IMG/VR virus record: IMGVR_UViG_3300025141_008849
Location: 1 to 56,903 of that record
DNA: 56,903 nucleotides
DNA from: a virus
Lineage: Duplodnaviria > Caudoviricetes
Strand: one strand, 5' to 3'
This document shows positions 38,691-48,349 of this stretch, in pieces. The stretch's first letter is position 1; every line of letters starts with the position of its first letter. The translations under genes were made by a program, and so were the position numbers. The notes under the pieces were generated by a model, which worked only from the letters and a program-made list of their open reading frames with translations, made no database searches and was not told the origin of the DNA.

Positions 38691-38906
38691 GCGGATTTAA
38701 CTTTTATACAATACGTAAAAGCACAAACAAGAAAAGCAGAAAAAGTTGAAGAAACTATGCTTCTGCAAGGGCTTGAAAAATCCCCAATAAGTGACAGAAT
38801 GATGGATAAGAACATGGCATACATTATCCGAACTAATCGAGTTTTAGACAACAATCATAAGCATTGGGATCGTTGGGATAGAGAATTTAATGCAAAAAGA
38901 GGTTGA
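38688..38906 (+). CDS. Small early hypothetical protein
   Basis: Strong promoter and AGGAG SD. Confidence 0.75.
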   Translation: MADLTFIQYVKAQTRKAEKVEETMLLQGLEKSPISDRMMDKNMAYIIRTNRVLDNNHKHWDRWDREFNAKRG

Positions 38907-38983
38907 CCTTTTGGAGTCAAGAGCGTATAATTATTATATTAAGTTAATTAAGTGGCATTAATTTTAACTAAGGAGACAAAATG
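38901..38983 (+). promoter_or_regulatory. Early-type promoter/RBS cassette, copy 2
   Basis: GGTTGACCTTTT, TATAAT at 38926-38931, AGGAGACAAAATG. Confidence 0.85.
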
Positions 38984-40084
38984 GCAGTAGCAATAGACAC
39001 AAGGACAGTAACACTGAAGCAAGCAGAGCAAATTGCTAAGAAGGCGTTTAGAATTAAACGTCCACTCATGCTTTGGGGTGCACCAGGAATTGGCAAATCC
39101 GATTTAGTTAGAATGCTAGGGGCACTTTTAAAACGAGATGTTGTAGACATTCGCTTACCACTTTGGGAACCTACCGATATTAAAGGTATGCCTTTTTACA
39201 ATGCCAAAACTGGCAAAATGGAATGGGCACCACCAGCAGAACTTCCAACCGATCCTAAGTCCACCGCAATAGTATTTTTAGATGAAGTTAACGGAGCGGC
39301 TCCGAGTGTACAGGCGGCGGCTTACCAGTTGATTTTGGACAGAAAAATTGGATCCTACAAGTTACCAGACAATGTACTTTTAATTGCGGCAGGGAACCGC
39401 GAAACTGATAAAGGGGTTACTTACCGAATGCCAAAGCCGTTGGCAAACCGTTTCATCCACTTGGAAATTAAGGTTGACTTTACTTGCTGGTTTGACTGGG
39501 CAGTAGAAAACCAAATTCACCCAGACGTTATTGGGTATTTGCAGTTCCAAAAGAAGGACTTGTATGATTTTAATCCGGCGGCTGATACTAAAGCATTTCC
39601 AACTCCACGTAGTTGGTCTTTTGTAAGTGAACTCATGTATGACAGTGATACTGAAAACGCCGAAGAGAGCGACAGGTCACTCGAAATGGACATGGTATCC
39701 GGTTGTGTTGGAGAAGGGGTTGCAACTAAGTTTCAAACTCACAGAAATCAAAAAGCTCACTTGCCACTTCCACAAGACATTTTGGATGGCAAGGTTAAGT
39801 CAGGTGCTAACATTGAAACTTCCGGACAGTATGCATTGACAACCGGTATGTGTTACGAACTTAAAGAGTCCTGCGAAACTGCACAGAAGGAAAAGAAAAT
39901 GGATGAGTGGCATGTAAAAGCAGGAAACTTTATCCAGTTTATGATGGACAACTTCAATACTGAGATGACTATATTTGGTGCAAGGATGGCACTTAAGAGT
40001 TACGGACTACCATTCGATCACAGGAAGTTGTCAAACTTTAAAGAATTTTTTGAACGGTTCGGTAAGTTAATTATCGAAGCGTAG
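38981..40084 (+). CDS. MoxR-like AAA+ ATPase
   Basis: Walker A GAPGIGKS, Walker B VFLDE, AAGN, PLANRF, PTPRSW. Confidence 0.93.
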   Translation: MAVAIDTRTVTLKQAEQIAKKAFRIKRPLMLWGAPGIGKSDLVRMLGALLKRDVVDIRLPLWEPTDIKGMPFYNAKTGKMEWAPPAELPTDPKSTAIVFLDEVNGAAPSVQAAAYQLILDRKIGSYKLPDNVLLIAAGNRETDKGVTYRMPKPLANRFIHLEIKVDFTCWFDWAVENQIHPDVIGYLQFQKKDLYDFNPAADTKAFPTPRSWSFVSELMYDSDTENAEESDRSLEMDMVSGCVGEGVATKFQTHRNQKAHLPLPQDILDGKVKSGANIETSGQYALTTGMCYELKESCETAQKEKKMDEWHVKAGNFIQFMMDNFNTEMTIFGARMALKSYGLPFDHRKLSNFKEFFERFGKLIIEA

Positions 40085-40110
40085 CCGGGCGCCACTCCGG
40101 CTGTCTCCTG

Positions 40111-40147
40111 AGGAGGATGTACTTTGTGCATCCTCCTTTCACTGTTT
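40111..40147 (+). terminator. Intrinsic terminator after the MoxR gene, preceded by a second hairpin at 40082-40103
   Basis: AGGAGGATGTAC-TTT-GTGCATCCTCCT stem then TTCACTGTTT. Confidence 0.7.
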
Positions 40148-40162
40148 ATATAAATAAAAAGT

Positions 40163-40600
40163 ATGAAAATTTTAATATTTGGAATAAACAATACAGGCAA
40201 AACTACATTAGCAAGAGAACTAGCATATCATTTTATGGTGCCACATTATAATGCCGACACAATAAGAGAATATAATAATGATTGGGATTTTTCCGAAGAG
40301 GGAAGATTACGACAAGTTAATCGATATAAAAAAATTGAATATGGTATTTTAGATTTTATCTGTCCATTAGACATAACTAGAGACCAATTAGGTGTCGATT
40401 TTAAGATTTGGATGGATACAGCCAAAAAAGGTATCTATGAGGATACCAACCAAATGTTTCAACCCCCCACACAATATAACATAAGGATAACAACATGGAT
40501 TGGACAAGACCAACTACACAAATGCTTGGAAGATTTCAACCCTGGCATCAAGGGCATCAAGAGCTTTTTAAACGGGCCCTTTCAAAAACTGGTCAAGTAA
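40163..40600 (+). CDS. Adenylylsulfate kinase-like P-loop kinase
   Basis: GINNTGKTTLA, NADTIR, DWDFSEEGRLRQ, DFICP, YEDTNQMF. Confidence 0.75.
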   Translation: MKILIFGINNTGKTTLARELAYHFMVPHYNADTIREYNNDWDFSEEGRLRQVNRYKKIEYGILDFICPLDITRDQLGVDFKIWMDTAKKGIYEDTNQMFQPPTQYNIRITTWIGQDQLHKCLEDFNPGIKGIKSFLNGPFQKLVK

Positions 40601-40842
40601 TAATTATGTTACGAGAGCAAGATGGCACAGATAGCAACCCTTTTACAGTAGCACAACGGATTGGTTATATTAAAGAGGCGTTAGCAGAATACGAAGGTAA
40701 ATTTGAAGTAATGGCAGTACCTAATATTATGCATATTACATATGGTAGAGGTGTTGGGTATAAAATTGAAGAGGAATTTTTGGATAAAGAGACCGAAGCA
40801 ATTTCAGCAACAAATATCCGAAAACAAATGAATGTGGAATAA
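40495..40842 (+). CDS. Cytidylyltransferase-like (HxGH) nucleotidyltransferase
   Basis: GRFQPWHQGH, NPF, ISATNIR. Confidence 0.88.
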   Translation: MDWTRPTTQMLGRFQPWHQGHQELFKRALSKTGQVIIMLREQDGTDSNPFTVAQRIGYIKEALAEYEGKFEVMAVPNIMHITYGRGVGYKIEEEFLDKETEAISATNIRKQMNVE

Positions 40843-41203
40843 AGAAGATAAAACATACAGAAAACAATGGATAAGTGCAACAAGAAAAGATAAATGGGGA
40901 AGATGTAGAAATACCATTTATCGCATTTATGGTAAGGAAAGATGCAAACACATATGGGGAGATAATTTACCAACTCCAAGCGAGATCCAAGAATATAAAA
41001 AAGATTGGGTCACTAAGGCCTGGAAAGCCAATCAATATGTTAAATGCACACCGGATGCAAATACAATAAAGGTTACAAAATGGCTTAAAAATTACGGGAT
41101 AAATAAGTTAGATTACGATAATGTATTCAAAGATACAATAGTTGTAAGAGATCCCCAAGTATTTGTAATGCTTAAACTGTATTTTTCTGAACAAACAGGT
41201 TGA
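40832..41203 (+). CDS. Hypothetical protein
   Basis: 123 aa ORF in the operon. Confidence 0.55.
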   Translation: MWNKEDKTYRKQWISATRKDKWGRCRNTIYRIYGKERCKHIWGDNLPTPSEIQEYKKDWVTKAWKANQYVKCTPDANTIKVTKWLKNYGINKLDYDNVFKDTIVVRDPQVFVMLKLYFSEQTG

Positions 41204-41276
41204 CCTTTTCTACCATAGATAGTATAATAGTTGTATGATGAATAAGAAATTAGAACTAATTTCAGGAGACAAAATG
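41198..41276 (+). promoter_or_regulatory. Early-type promoter/RBS cassette, copy 3
   Basis: GGTTGACCTTTT, AGATAGTATAATAGTTGTA (identical to copy 1), AGGAGACAAAATG. Confidence 0.85.
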
Positions 41277-42635
41277 GCAATATTGAATACAACATTAGCA
41301 CCGAACAAAACAGTTCCAGGAAGTTACGAAGTAGACGGAACAGTACCAAGTCAAAAGTTTGGTTGGGAAGATAAGCCACTTAAAAATGGCGGGAAACCGG
41401 CTTTAGAAAGACTTACAATGGCTCGTGTTAGGTTGCTCCTTAACAAGCCATTTTTTGGTAATTTGGTTACTAGATTAAAATTGGAAGAAGCCAAATGGTG
41501 TCCAACCGCAGGAACTGATGGACGTAAATTTTATTACAATGCAGATTTTGTTGATCGCTTAGACGACAACGAAGTACTTTTCCTTTGTGGACACGAAGTA
41601 TTACATTGTGTATATGACCACTTTGGAGCCAGAGCTGATTATGATTATGACCACCAACTTTACAATGCCGCAGGTGATTATGTAATAAACATACAACTCA
41701 CCGAAGATGGATTTACTCCTATTACCACTGTTAAAATTTTACTTGATTGGAAATACCAAGGACTTACTTCACATGAAGTGTACGAGCAATTAAAAGAAAA
41801 ATTTAAGTGTAGGGAACCACAAAACGGAGAGCTTGATACATTAGATGATCACATGGGACCAGGAAGCGGATTTGGTGAAGGTGAAGACGGTAAAGAAGAG
41901 GGAGGATTTGCAACAGGGGACAAGGAAGGTGAAGAAGGTGGAGGACAAGGACAAGGATCAGGTAAGCCGGGTCCACTTACAGACCAAGAGAAACAACAGA
42001 TTAAGGACGAACTTAAAGAGGCAATTATAAGTGCCGCAGACAATGCCGGAGCAGGTAACTGCCCAGCAGGCATTGAACGAATGATTAAAGAATGGACAGA
42101 ACCAAAAATGAATTGGAGAGATCTAATTCGTTGTCAAATTGAAAGTTCTATTAAAAGTGATTATACATTTATGAGACCTTCTAGAAAATCACAACAAACT
42201 AATGCAATTATACCAGGCATGAATAACGGTGAGTTGCTTGAAGTTGATTTAGCAATTGACTTGAGTGGGTCTATTTCACATGAACAACAACGAGACTTCT
42301 TTAGTGAAATAAAAGGAATTATGGAACAGTACTTGGATTTTAGAATTCGAGTATGGTGCTTCGATACAGAAGTTTATAACATGCAAGAATTTACTCAAGA
42401 TAACTTGGATGATTTTATGAACTACGAAGCAATAGGCGGTGGCGGAACCGAGTTCATGTGTAATTGGGAATACATGAAAGAAAACGACATTTGCCCAGAA
42501 CAATTTGTAATGTTTACAGATGGTTATCCATGTGGGGCCTGGGGAGATCCAGATTACTGCGATACGGTTTTTATTATTCATGATAATCAAAGAGCAGAAG
42601 CACCATTTGGAATCACTGCACATTACGAGGAATAA
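41274..42635 (+). CDS. Metallopeptidase-like (HExxH) plus VWA-like domain protein (DUF2201 type), likely MoxR partner
   Basis: TAGTDG, HEVLH, IDLSGSI MIDAS motif, GGGGTEF, FTDGY; start moved to ATG 41274 by the SD. Confidence 0.9.
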   Translation: MAILNTTLAPNKTVPGSYEVDGTVPSQKFGWEDKPLKNGGKPALERLTMARVRLLLNKPFFGNLVTRLKLEEAKWCPTAGTDGRKFYYNADFVDRLDDNEVLFLCGHEVLHCVYDHFGARADYDYDHQLYNAAGDYVINIQLTEDGFTPITTVKILLDWKYQGLTSHEVYEQLKEKFKCREPQNGELDTLDDHMGPGSGFGEGEDGKEEGGFATGDKEGEEGGGQGQGSGKPGPLTDQEKQQIKDELKEAIISAADNAGAGNCPAGIERMIKEWTEPKMNWRDLIRCQIESSIKSDYTFMRPSRKSQQTNAIIPGMNNGELLEVDLAIDLSGSISHEQQRDFFSEIKGIMEQYLDFRIRVWCFDTEVYNMQEFTQDNLDDFMNYEAIGGGGTEFMCNWEYMKENDICPEQFVMFTDGYPCGAWGDPDYCDTVFIIHDNQRAEAPFGITAHYEE

Positions 42636-42657
42636 GTATAATAAAATAAAAGGAAAT

Positions 42658-42912
42658 ATGGCAGGACTACACGTAGATGATATTAACTTAATAAAACAAG
42701 TTATAGAAATTGCAAGCACCAGAGGTGCTTTTCAAGCAGGCGAATTAAAAGCAGTTGGTGAGGTGTATGATAAAGTAACTGCATTCTTGGCCGAGATAGA
42801 AGACAATCAAAAAAAGGCTGATGAAGCTCAACAAGGAGCACCAGACACACCTCCAGAAGAACAACCCCCAACCGAACCAGTTGAGGTTGTAGAAGACACT
42901 AACCCTAGTTAA
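42658..42912 (+). CDS. Small phage protein
   Basis: AAGGA SD before ATG 42658; IEIASTRGAFQAGELKAVGEVYDK. Confidence 0.7.
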   Translation: MAGLHVDDINLIKQVIEIASTRGAFQAGELKAVGEVYDKVTAFLAEIEDNQKKADEAQQGAPDTPPEEQPPTEPVEVVEDTNPS

Positions 42913-42924
42913 AAAGAGGCTAAC

Positions 42925-43539
42925 ATGGCTAAATTTTTAAAACACGTCGGGCGTATTGCAAATACGGACCGTCGTTGTGTCGTTGCATTTAGGGAATTAC
43001 CAGACAATCCAACAGAGTGTTTAGTTATAGACACCGATGCATTACCAGATCGTTTTCATGATGGTGTAATGCAGGCAGTTGAAAATTCCACGGCACAAGA
43101 AACAGTAGAATTTTATAAGTATCTTGAACGTAATTCATTTATTGATGGTTCAAATATGCTTACCGCATTACACAATAAAGGATGGTTAGTAAAACAACCA
43201 ACCAACAATGTTATAATGCTACCGGCGCCAGAACAAACAATTAAACTAGCAGAGTTAAATGAACAACTCCGAAGTCTAGGTTTTGATGTTTATACTAGTG
43301 ACGACAAGGCTCCTAAAAAGGAACCGGCAAAAGCAATAGTAGATAGTATTACTCCTAACATTCCTTTGCCAGGTCAAGAGAAAGTCGGTGAAGTATTACA
43401 AAACGAAGATCTTGCAAAAAACTTCCTACAACAAGCAGAAACAATGATGAAGGAAGTTGAAAATCTTAAGGAACAGGCATATGAGATGGATCCTTCTTTA
43501 AAGCCTAAGAAAGGCAGATCAAAGAAGGCTAATGCTTAG
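42925..43539 (+). CDS. Phage hypothetical protein
   Basis: GAGG SD; LKHVGR...CVVAFRELP...CLVIDT. Confidence 0.7.
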   Translation: MAKFLKHVGRIANTDRRCVVAFRELPDNPTECLVIDTDALPDRFHDGVMQAVENSTAQETVEFYKYLERNSFIDGSNMLTALHNKGWLVKQPTNNVIMLPAPEQTIKLAELNEQLRSLGFDVYTSDDKAPKKEPAKAIVDSITPNIPLPGQEKVGEVLQNEDLAKNFLQQAETMMKEVENLKEQAYEMDPSLKPKKGRSKKANA

Positions 43540-43844
43540 TGATTACTAAAAGACACCGCGATATTGATCGGATTATCATTAATAAAGCAAATCAAGTATT
43601 GCCCCCATTGCAGTATATTCGTGTGATTAAGATATCATTAAATGATGGTAGTAAGAGGGTTATATACCCAAAAGACTTTAATTGCAAGAGTACTGTTGAA
43701 TTCTTCGAAAGAGAAGAAGTAAGACAATTCCAAAGTAATACTAAAGAAGTAGAAGTTATATTGGATATGAAAAAATTCAAGAATGACTTACAATCAACAA
43801 ATACCACAATTTGGCAAGATGAAGAAAAAACAACAACAGATTAA
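43539..43844 (+). CDS. Hypothetical protein
   Basis: GTG start overlapping the upstream stop. Confidence 0.55.
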   Translation: MITKRHRDIDRIIINKANQVLPPLQYIRVIKISLNDGSKRVIYPKDFNCKSTVEFFEREEVRQFQSNTKEVEVILDMKKFKNDLQSTNTTIWQDEEKTTTD

Positions 43845-44712
43845 TGTTTTAGACCACGGCTTTGTACGCCTTATAGATGTTATGGGGACAGACGATTCTG
43901 TTGTTCAAGCCGCTCGTGTTAGTTATGGTGATGGTACTAAAACTGTAAATACAGATAGAAACCTAATACGTTATTTAATGCGTCATGAACACACTACTCC
44001 TTTTGAAATGTGCGAAGTTAAATTCCACATTAAATTGCCCATATTCGTTATGCGACAACTTATACGTCATCGTACTGCCAGTGTTAACGAGTATAGTGGT
44101 AGATACTCTATTATGAGTAATGAATTTTATATTCCAGAAACATTCGAATCACAAAGTAAAGTTAATAACCAAGGACGGGGCAAACCGTTAGACGATATCC
44201 AAGGCAAATTGCATTGGGATTTCAAAACAAGTTCAAAACTAGCATATGAAAAATATGAAGAACTCTTAGAACACGACTTAGCAAGAGAACTAGCAAGGGC
44301 GGTTCTTCCGGTTTCTAATTACACAGAAGCATATTGGAAATGCAATGTGAAAAACTTTTTACATATGATTCGTCTTCGAGCAGATAGTCATGCACAATGG
44401 GAGATACAAGAATATGCTAATGCAATGTATAAGTTAGTTAAACCCAAGTTTCCTGTTATTTGTGAAGCATATGAAGATTACCAGCAAGAGGCAGTTAAAT
44501 TATCTAGAGGAGAGGCCGAACTTACTAAAGCAATTTTCGGCAACTATATGGATGAATGGGATGACTATATAACTGACTGGTATGAGCAACCAGATATATC
44601 AGAGGAAAGTGTTAAAGAAGCAGAAAAATTATTGTGTAAAGAATTTGGCCTCTCAAAACGAGAGCTTACGGAGTTTAAAAATAAGTGGGAATCAGTGACA
44701 ACAATAAATTAA
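43819..44712 (+). CDS. thyX: FAD-dependent thymidylate synthase
   Basis: AARVSY, HTTPFE, RQLIRHRTASVNEYSGRY, HAQWEI; start at 43819 or 43783. Confidence 0.97.
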   Translation: MKKKQQQINVLDHGFVRLIDVMGTDDSVVQAARVSYGDGTKTVNTDRNLIRYLMRHEHTTPFEMCEVKFHIKLPIFVMRQLIRHRTASVNEYSGRYSIMSNEFYIPETFESQSKVNNQGRGKPLDDIQGKLHWDFKTSSKLAYEKYEELLEHDLARELARAVLPVSNYTEAYWKCNVKNFLHMIRLRADSHAQWEIQEYANAMYKLVKPKFPVICEAYEDYQQEAVKLSRGEAELTKAIFGNYMDEWDDYITDWYEQPDISEESVKEAEKLLCKEFGLSKRELTEFKNKWESVTTIN

Positions 44713-45428
44713 AAATATTCCATGTTATTAATCATATCGCAATAATACCCGCATTATTATACGGCCAGTTGTCTTACTGGCTAATTGCTTACCTAGTTTG
44801 GGGAGTTATAGCATCAATAGGTGTTAGCACAGGTCTCCATCGTTTATTATGCCATCAATCATTTAAATGTCCTTTGTGGTTTGAACAACTAGCAACCTAT
44901 GTCAGTTGTTTATCTACTGCTGGCAGTCCTCTTGGATGGGTAGGTGTGCATAGACTTCATCATATATACGTAGATCGAACAGGCGACCCACATGGTCCTA
45001 TGCAAATAGGTTTTTTAAATGCATATGTACATAACTGGGGCGATGTACAAATAGAACGTAAATACATTAAAGACTTATTAAAAAAGCCACATGTAATGTT
45101 TTGCCATAAAATGTGGTGGATAATTATATTATTATATGTCATACTATTGTTATTATTTTTTGGTTCACTAGGTGTTATATTTGGATATTGTGTACCGGGA
45201 GTAATGGCATTTCATGGAATGGGTTGGGTTAATGCAGTCGGGCATTCCTGGGGTTATCGTAATTATAAAACTAGAGATAAAAGTTATAATAATCCTATAA
45301 CAAATATTTTAACATTCGGTGAAGGCTGGCATAACAATCATCATCACGATCCTAATAACTGGCGTTTAGGTAAAAAATGGTGGGAATGGGATCCTACATC
45401 ATGGATAATAAGATTGGTTAAATTATGA
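44685..45428 (+). CDS. Membrane fatty acid desaturase (delta-9-like)
   Basis: His boxes HRLLCH, HRLHH and GEGWHNNHH. Confidence 0.93.
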   Translation: MGISDNNKLKIFHVINHIAIIPALLYGQLSYWLIAYLVWGVIASIGVSTGLHRLLCHQSFKCPLWFEQLATYVSCLSTAGSPLGWVGVHRLHHIYVDRTGDPHGPMQIGFLNAYVHNWGDVQIERKYIKDLLKKPHVMFCHKMWWIIILLYVILLLLFFGSLGVIFGYCVPGVMAFHGMGWVNAVGHSWGYRNYKTRDKSYNNPITNILTFGEGWHNNHHHDPNNWRLGKKWWEWDPTSWIIRLVKL

Positions 45429-46162
45429 GACAAAACGAAAAAGGAAATCCTATAAATGCAACTAAAAGAGCCCGTGTTAGAGGTAACAGAGGGCCGCGAC
45501 GCCATCAAGTAAAGCGTTTGGTTGAAATATTTGATGTACCAAATAATGTTATTGAGGATATAAAAACAGTAAGTAGAGACCATGCAATAGATCATTTAGG
45601 TACTGAAGATTATCAAGTTAGTAAGTATTGCGATTTAACAGATACATTTCATAGACTAAAAAAAACAATAGGAAAACAATGGCCGTATAATGTTAATGAT
45701 GACCTATTTGACAAATCAACTACTAATTATAAACAAGTTCTTTTACAGAAATGTAATATATACGATAATCCATTAGAAGAAGTAGAGGAAACAAATTATT
45801 TTAATTGGGATATTGAGAAGCCTATTAATAATATAAAAACATGGCTAGAAGATAATTTTGCAAATGTCTATAGATCTCGCATTGCAATTTGCCCTCCAGA
45901 ACATTACTTGGAATGGCATATTGATACTGATACAAGTGCTATTGGCCGAATACAAATATGTGCTGAACATGGCGATGCTAAAATTGAATGGAAAACAAAA
46001 CAAGGCGTTGAGCAATATAAAATGGAAAACAATAAATGTTACTTTTTTAATACAGGATGGCCACATAGAATTATAAATGGACCCGCTCAACGAACTGTTT
46101 TACTTGCTGGTGTATATATAGATGAAATGTCCGATGATTTAAAACAGAAGATTTTAATATGA
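45425..46162 (+). CDS. AspH-like 2OG-Fe(II) oxygenase
   Basis: LEWHID, FNTGWPH...N...R. Confidence 0.75.
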   Translation: MRQNEKGNPINATKRARVRGNRGPRRHQVKRLVEIFDVPNNVIEDIKTVSRDHAIDHLGTEDYQVSKYCDLTDTFHRLKKTIGKQWPYNVNDDLFDKSTTNYKQVLLQKCNIYDNPLEEVEETNYFNWDIEKPINNIKTWLEDNFANVYRSRIAICPPEHYLEWHIDTDTSAIGRIQICAEHGDAKIEWKTKQGVEQYKMENNKCYFFNTGWPHRIINGPAQRTVLLAGVYIDEMSDDLKQKILI

Positions 46163-47019
46163 AAGAATATACAACTTTAGATTGGAAAACAATAGGTAAA
46201 GAATTAGGTAACGAAATTGTTGGAATTTTAAAAAATCAACAATTAACTGAAAGAGAACTTATTGATGGTTGTAAAACAATTGGTAAGATATATGCTCCGG
46301 GCCTTGCTGACGTCTATTTTATGCATCCAGATTATCCTGAAATATTTAGAGTAACAAATAGAAAAGAAAATGGCAAAAAGATTGGTTTGTTTCCTGAGGC
46401 AGAATTACTATGGCATAATAATGGATACTTACGACATTGGCGTCATGTTAATGAAGCAATCGTTGCCTTGTATTGCATTGAGCCCGGCATTGATTCTGTT
46501 ACAAGTTTTTTAGATAGTAAACAAGCATATAAAGATTTACCAGAAGAATTAAAAATAGAATCTAAAAAATATGAATATTGGGTAAAATTTGATCCTGATG
46601 ATTCGATATACGAATTTACTGATGGCGACGAAGAATTAATAGAAGTGTTTAAAGGTAATGTTGGCGGTAACAAAAGAAATGTCAGTCCCATGAAACCTAG
46701 TTGGAAGCCTGTAATTGTTACTCATCCACATAGAACAGTTCCTAATTGGTGGAAGCAGGAAGAAGCAATTTATATTGGTAATCGGTTCATGCGAAAATTC
46801 CGCAATAAAGATACAAAAGAAGAATTTTCTATGGAAAGTATGAAGGCATTACTTAATAAGTTAGAAGAACATTTATACCAAGAAAAGTATATGTATCACC
46901 ATCATTGGCAAAAAGGCGATTTAGTTTTTAGTGATCAATTCTATAGTTATCATATGCGAAATGAAGTTAAAGGTGATAGAATGTTATATAGGCTTGCATT
47001 TAATTATAAAAACTTATGA
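46159..47019 (+). CDS. TauD/TfdA-family dioxygenase, H-x-N variant
   Basis: LWHNNG, ALYC, HHWQKGDLVFSDQFYSYHMR, RMLYR. Confidence 0.82.
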   Translation: MKEYTTLDWKTIGKELGNEIVGILKNQQLTERELIDGCKTIGKIYAPGLADVYFMHPDYPEIFRVTNRKENGKKIGLFPEAELLWHNNGYLRHWRHVNEAIVALYCIEPGIDSVTSFLDSKQAYKDLPEELKIESKKYEYWVKFDPDDSIYEFTDGDEELIEVFKGNVGGNKRNVSPMKPSWKPVIVTHPHRTVPNWWKQEEAIYIGNRFMRKFRNKDTKEEFSMESMKALLNKLEEHLYQEKYMYHHHWQKGDLVFSDQFYSYHMRNEVKGDRMLYRLAFNYKNL

Positions 47020-47528
47020 TGAATAAATTTTTAACACACATAGAATTATCTTTTAATAAAGAACTGATTTTGAAAGAAATGGAGACAATAACTTTTGACA
47101 CTAGGATGTTTGGAGATGACTTCCCGCGAGGACTTATTACTAACCCTCTCACACCTTCAGAGATGCGACTTCAAGAAATGGATAACACACCAGAGATCAA
47201 AAGATTATATATCCAATTAAAAACTTTAACAAAAAGTAATGATATTCGCCCTAGATTTTATAGGCAATTAGCAAATAAAGAATTACTATTCCATCAAGAT
47301 AAAGGTACTTTGTGTGCTATTAACATAGTATTATCAGAAGAATATGGGCCAATTATTTTTGAAGGCGTTGATGAAATATATTATAAATGTGCTCTTATTA
47401 ATACACAACCAAGACATGGAGTTAAAGCACATCCCGAGGAAAGAATTATTTTAAAGTATAGCATTTTTGATAAAAGTTACGAAGAAGTTTATGACACAGT
47501 AAGCATTTTGGAAACTCATGATAGATAA
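47016..47528 (+). CDS. Small cupin-type 2OG-Fe(II) oxygenase-like protein
   Basis: LFHQD, CAIN, NTQPRHGV, ERIILK. Confidence 0.65.
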   Translation: MMNKFLTHIELSFNKELILKEMETITFDTRMFGDDFPRGLITNPLTPSEMRLQEMDNTPEIKRLYIQLKTLTKSNDIRPRFYRQLANKELLFHQDKGTLCAINIVLSEEYGPIIFEGVDEIYYKCALINTQPRHGVKAHPEERIILKYSIFDKSYEEVYDTVSILETHDR

Positions 47529-47721
47529 AGACCATTTAGAAGAAGTTAATTCAACATATATTGAGCATTTTATGTATGCCGGAAAGTTTACTTTGTTAAC
47601 GTTGTTAGCATTTTTCCTAGCATTAATACATACATTTATTCCCTGGCTGTTTCCTTATTCAGCATTTAACATACAAAAAAAGATTGTAAAAGATGCAGAA
47701 GAAATCTTTGCTAGAACATGA
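47518..47721 (+). CDS. DUF6356-like small membrane protein
   Basis: HL..VN.TY.EHF...LIH.FIPWLF. Confidence 0.65.
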   Translation: MIDKDHLEEVNSTYIEHFMYAGKFTLLTLLAFFLALIHTFIPWLFPYSAFNIQKKIVKDAEEIFART

Positions 47722-48349
47722 TAAATTTTTATTTATAGCATTTGAACAAGGTGCTAGAGGGCATTGGTGGGGTAGACACTTAGCATCTACAGATAGTAGT
47801 GTATATTGGTATTCTTGCAAAGAAAACGGATTAACGCCAATGGATACGGAAGTTAATGAATATTCAATATCACGTCGTCGAATTGCTCCAAATCATTTTG
47901 ATAGAATAGTCAATGGCAAAATGCTACCGCCGTTGTTTAATGTTATTGAACCTTACTATAATGATATAGAAGAATATTATCCGCTATTTGAAAAACTGTT
48001 TATAGAACGTGGTGGGTTAGAAATAATGGAAAGTGGCAAGTATATAATGTATCCAGTACATGCAACAAAATCAAAAATACAAGCAAAATTTCCTAATGCT
48101 AGAATAGAAGAAATTATACCATATAATATAGAAAAGGTAGTAGAGCATTATTTAAATACAGTAGCAATGTTTCCAGCATACTTAAAACTAGCAGATTTTC
48201 GTCCTAATTATCTTACTCCGTATGCTAAAAAATTAGAAGATAACAAAGATGCAACTATACGAGATTTGTTTAATGGCACAGACGAACAATATAAAAAACA
48301 TGTATATGACACTATAAAGCATCTAGTAGAGATAAGAGATAATGATTGA
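47693..48349 (+). CDS. Hypothetical protein, possibly degenerate sulfotransferase/P-loop fold
   Basis: LFIAFEQGARGHWWGRHL. Confidence 0.35.
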   Translation: MQKKSLLEHDKFLFIAFEQGARGHWWGRHLASTDSSVYWYSCKENGLTPMDTEVNEYSISRRRIAPNHFDRIVNGKMLPPLFNVIEPYYNDIEEYYPLFEKLFIERGGLEIMESGKYIMYPVHATKSKIQAKFPNARIEEIIPYNIEKVVEHYLNTVAMFPAYLKLADFRPNYLTPYAKKLEDNKDATIRDLFNGTDEQYKKHVYDTIKHLVEIRDND

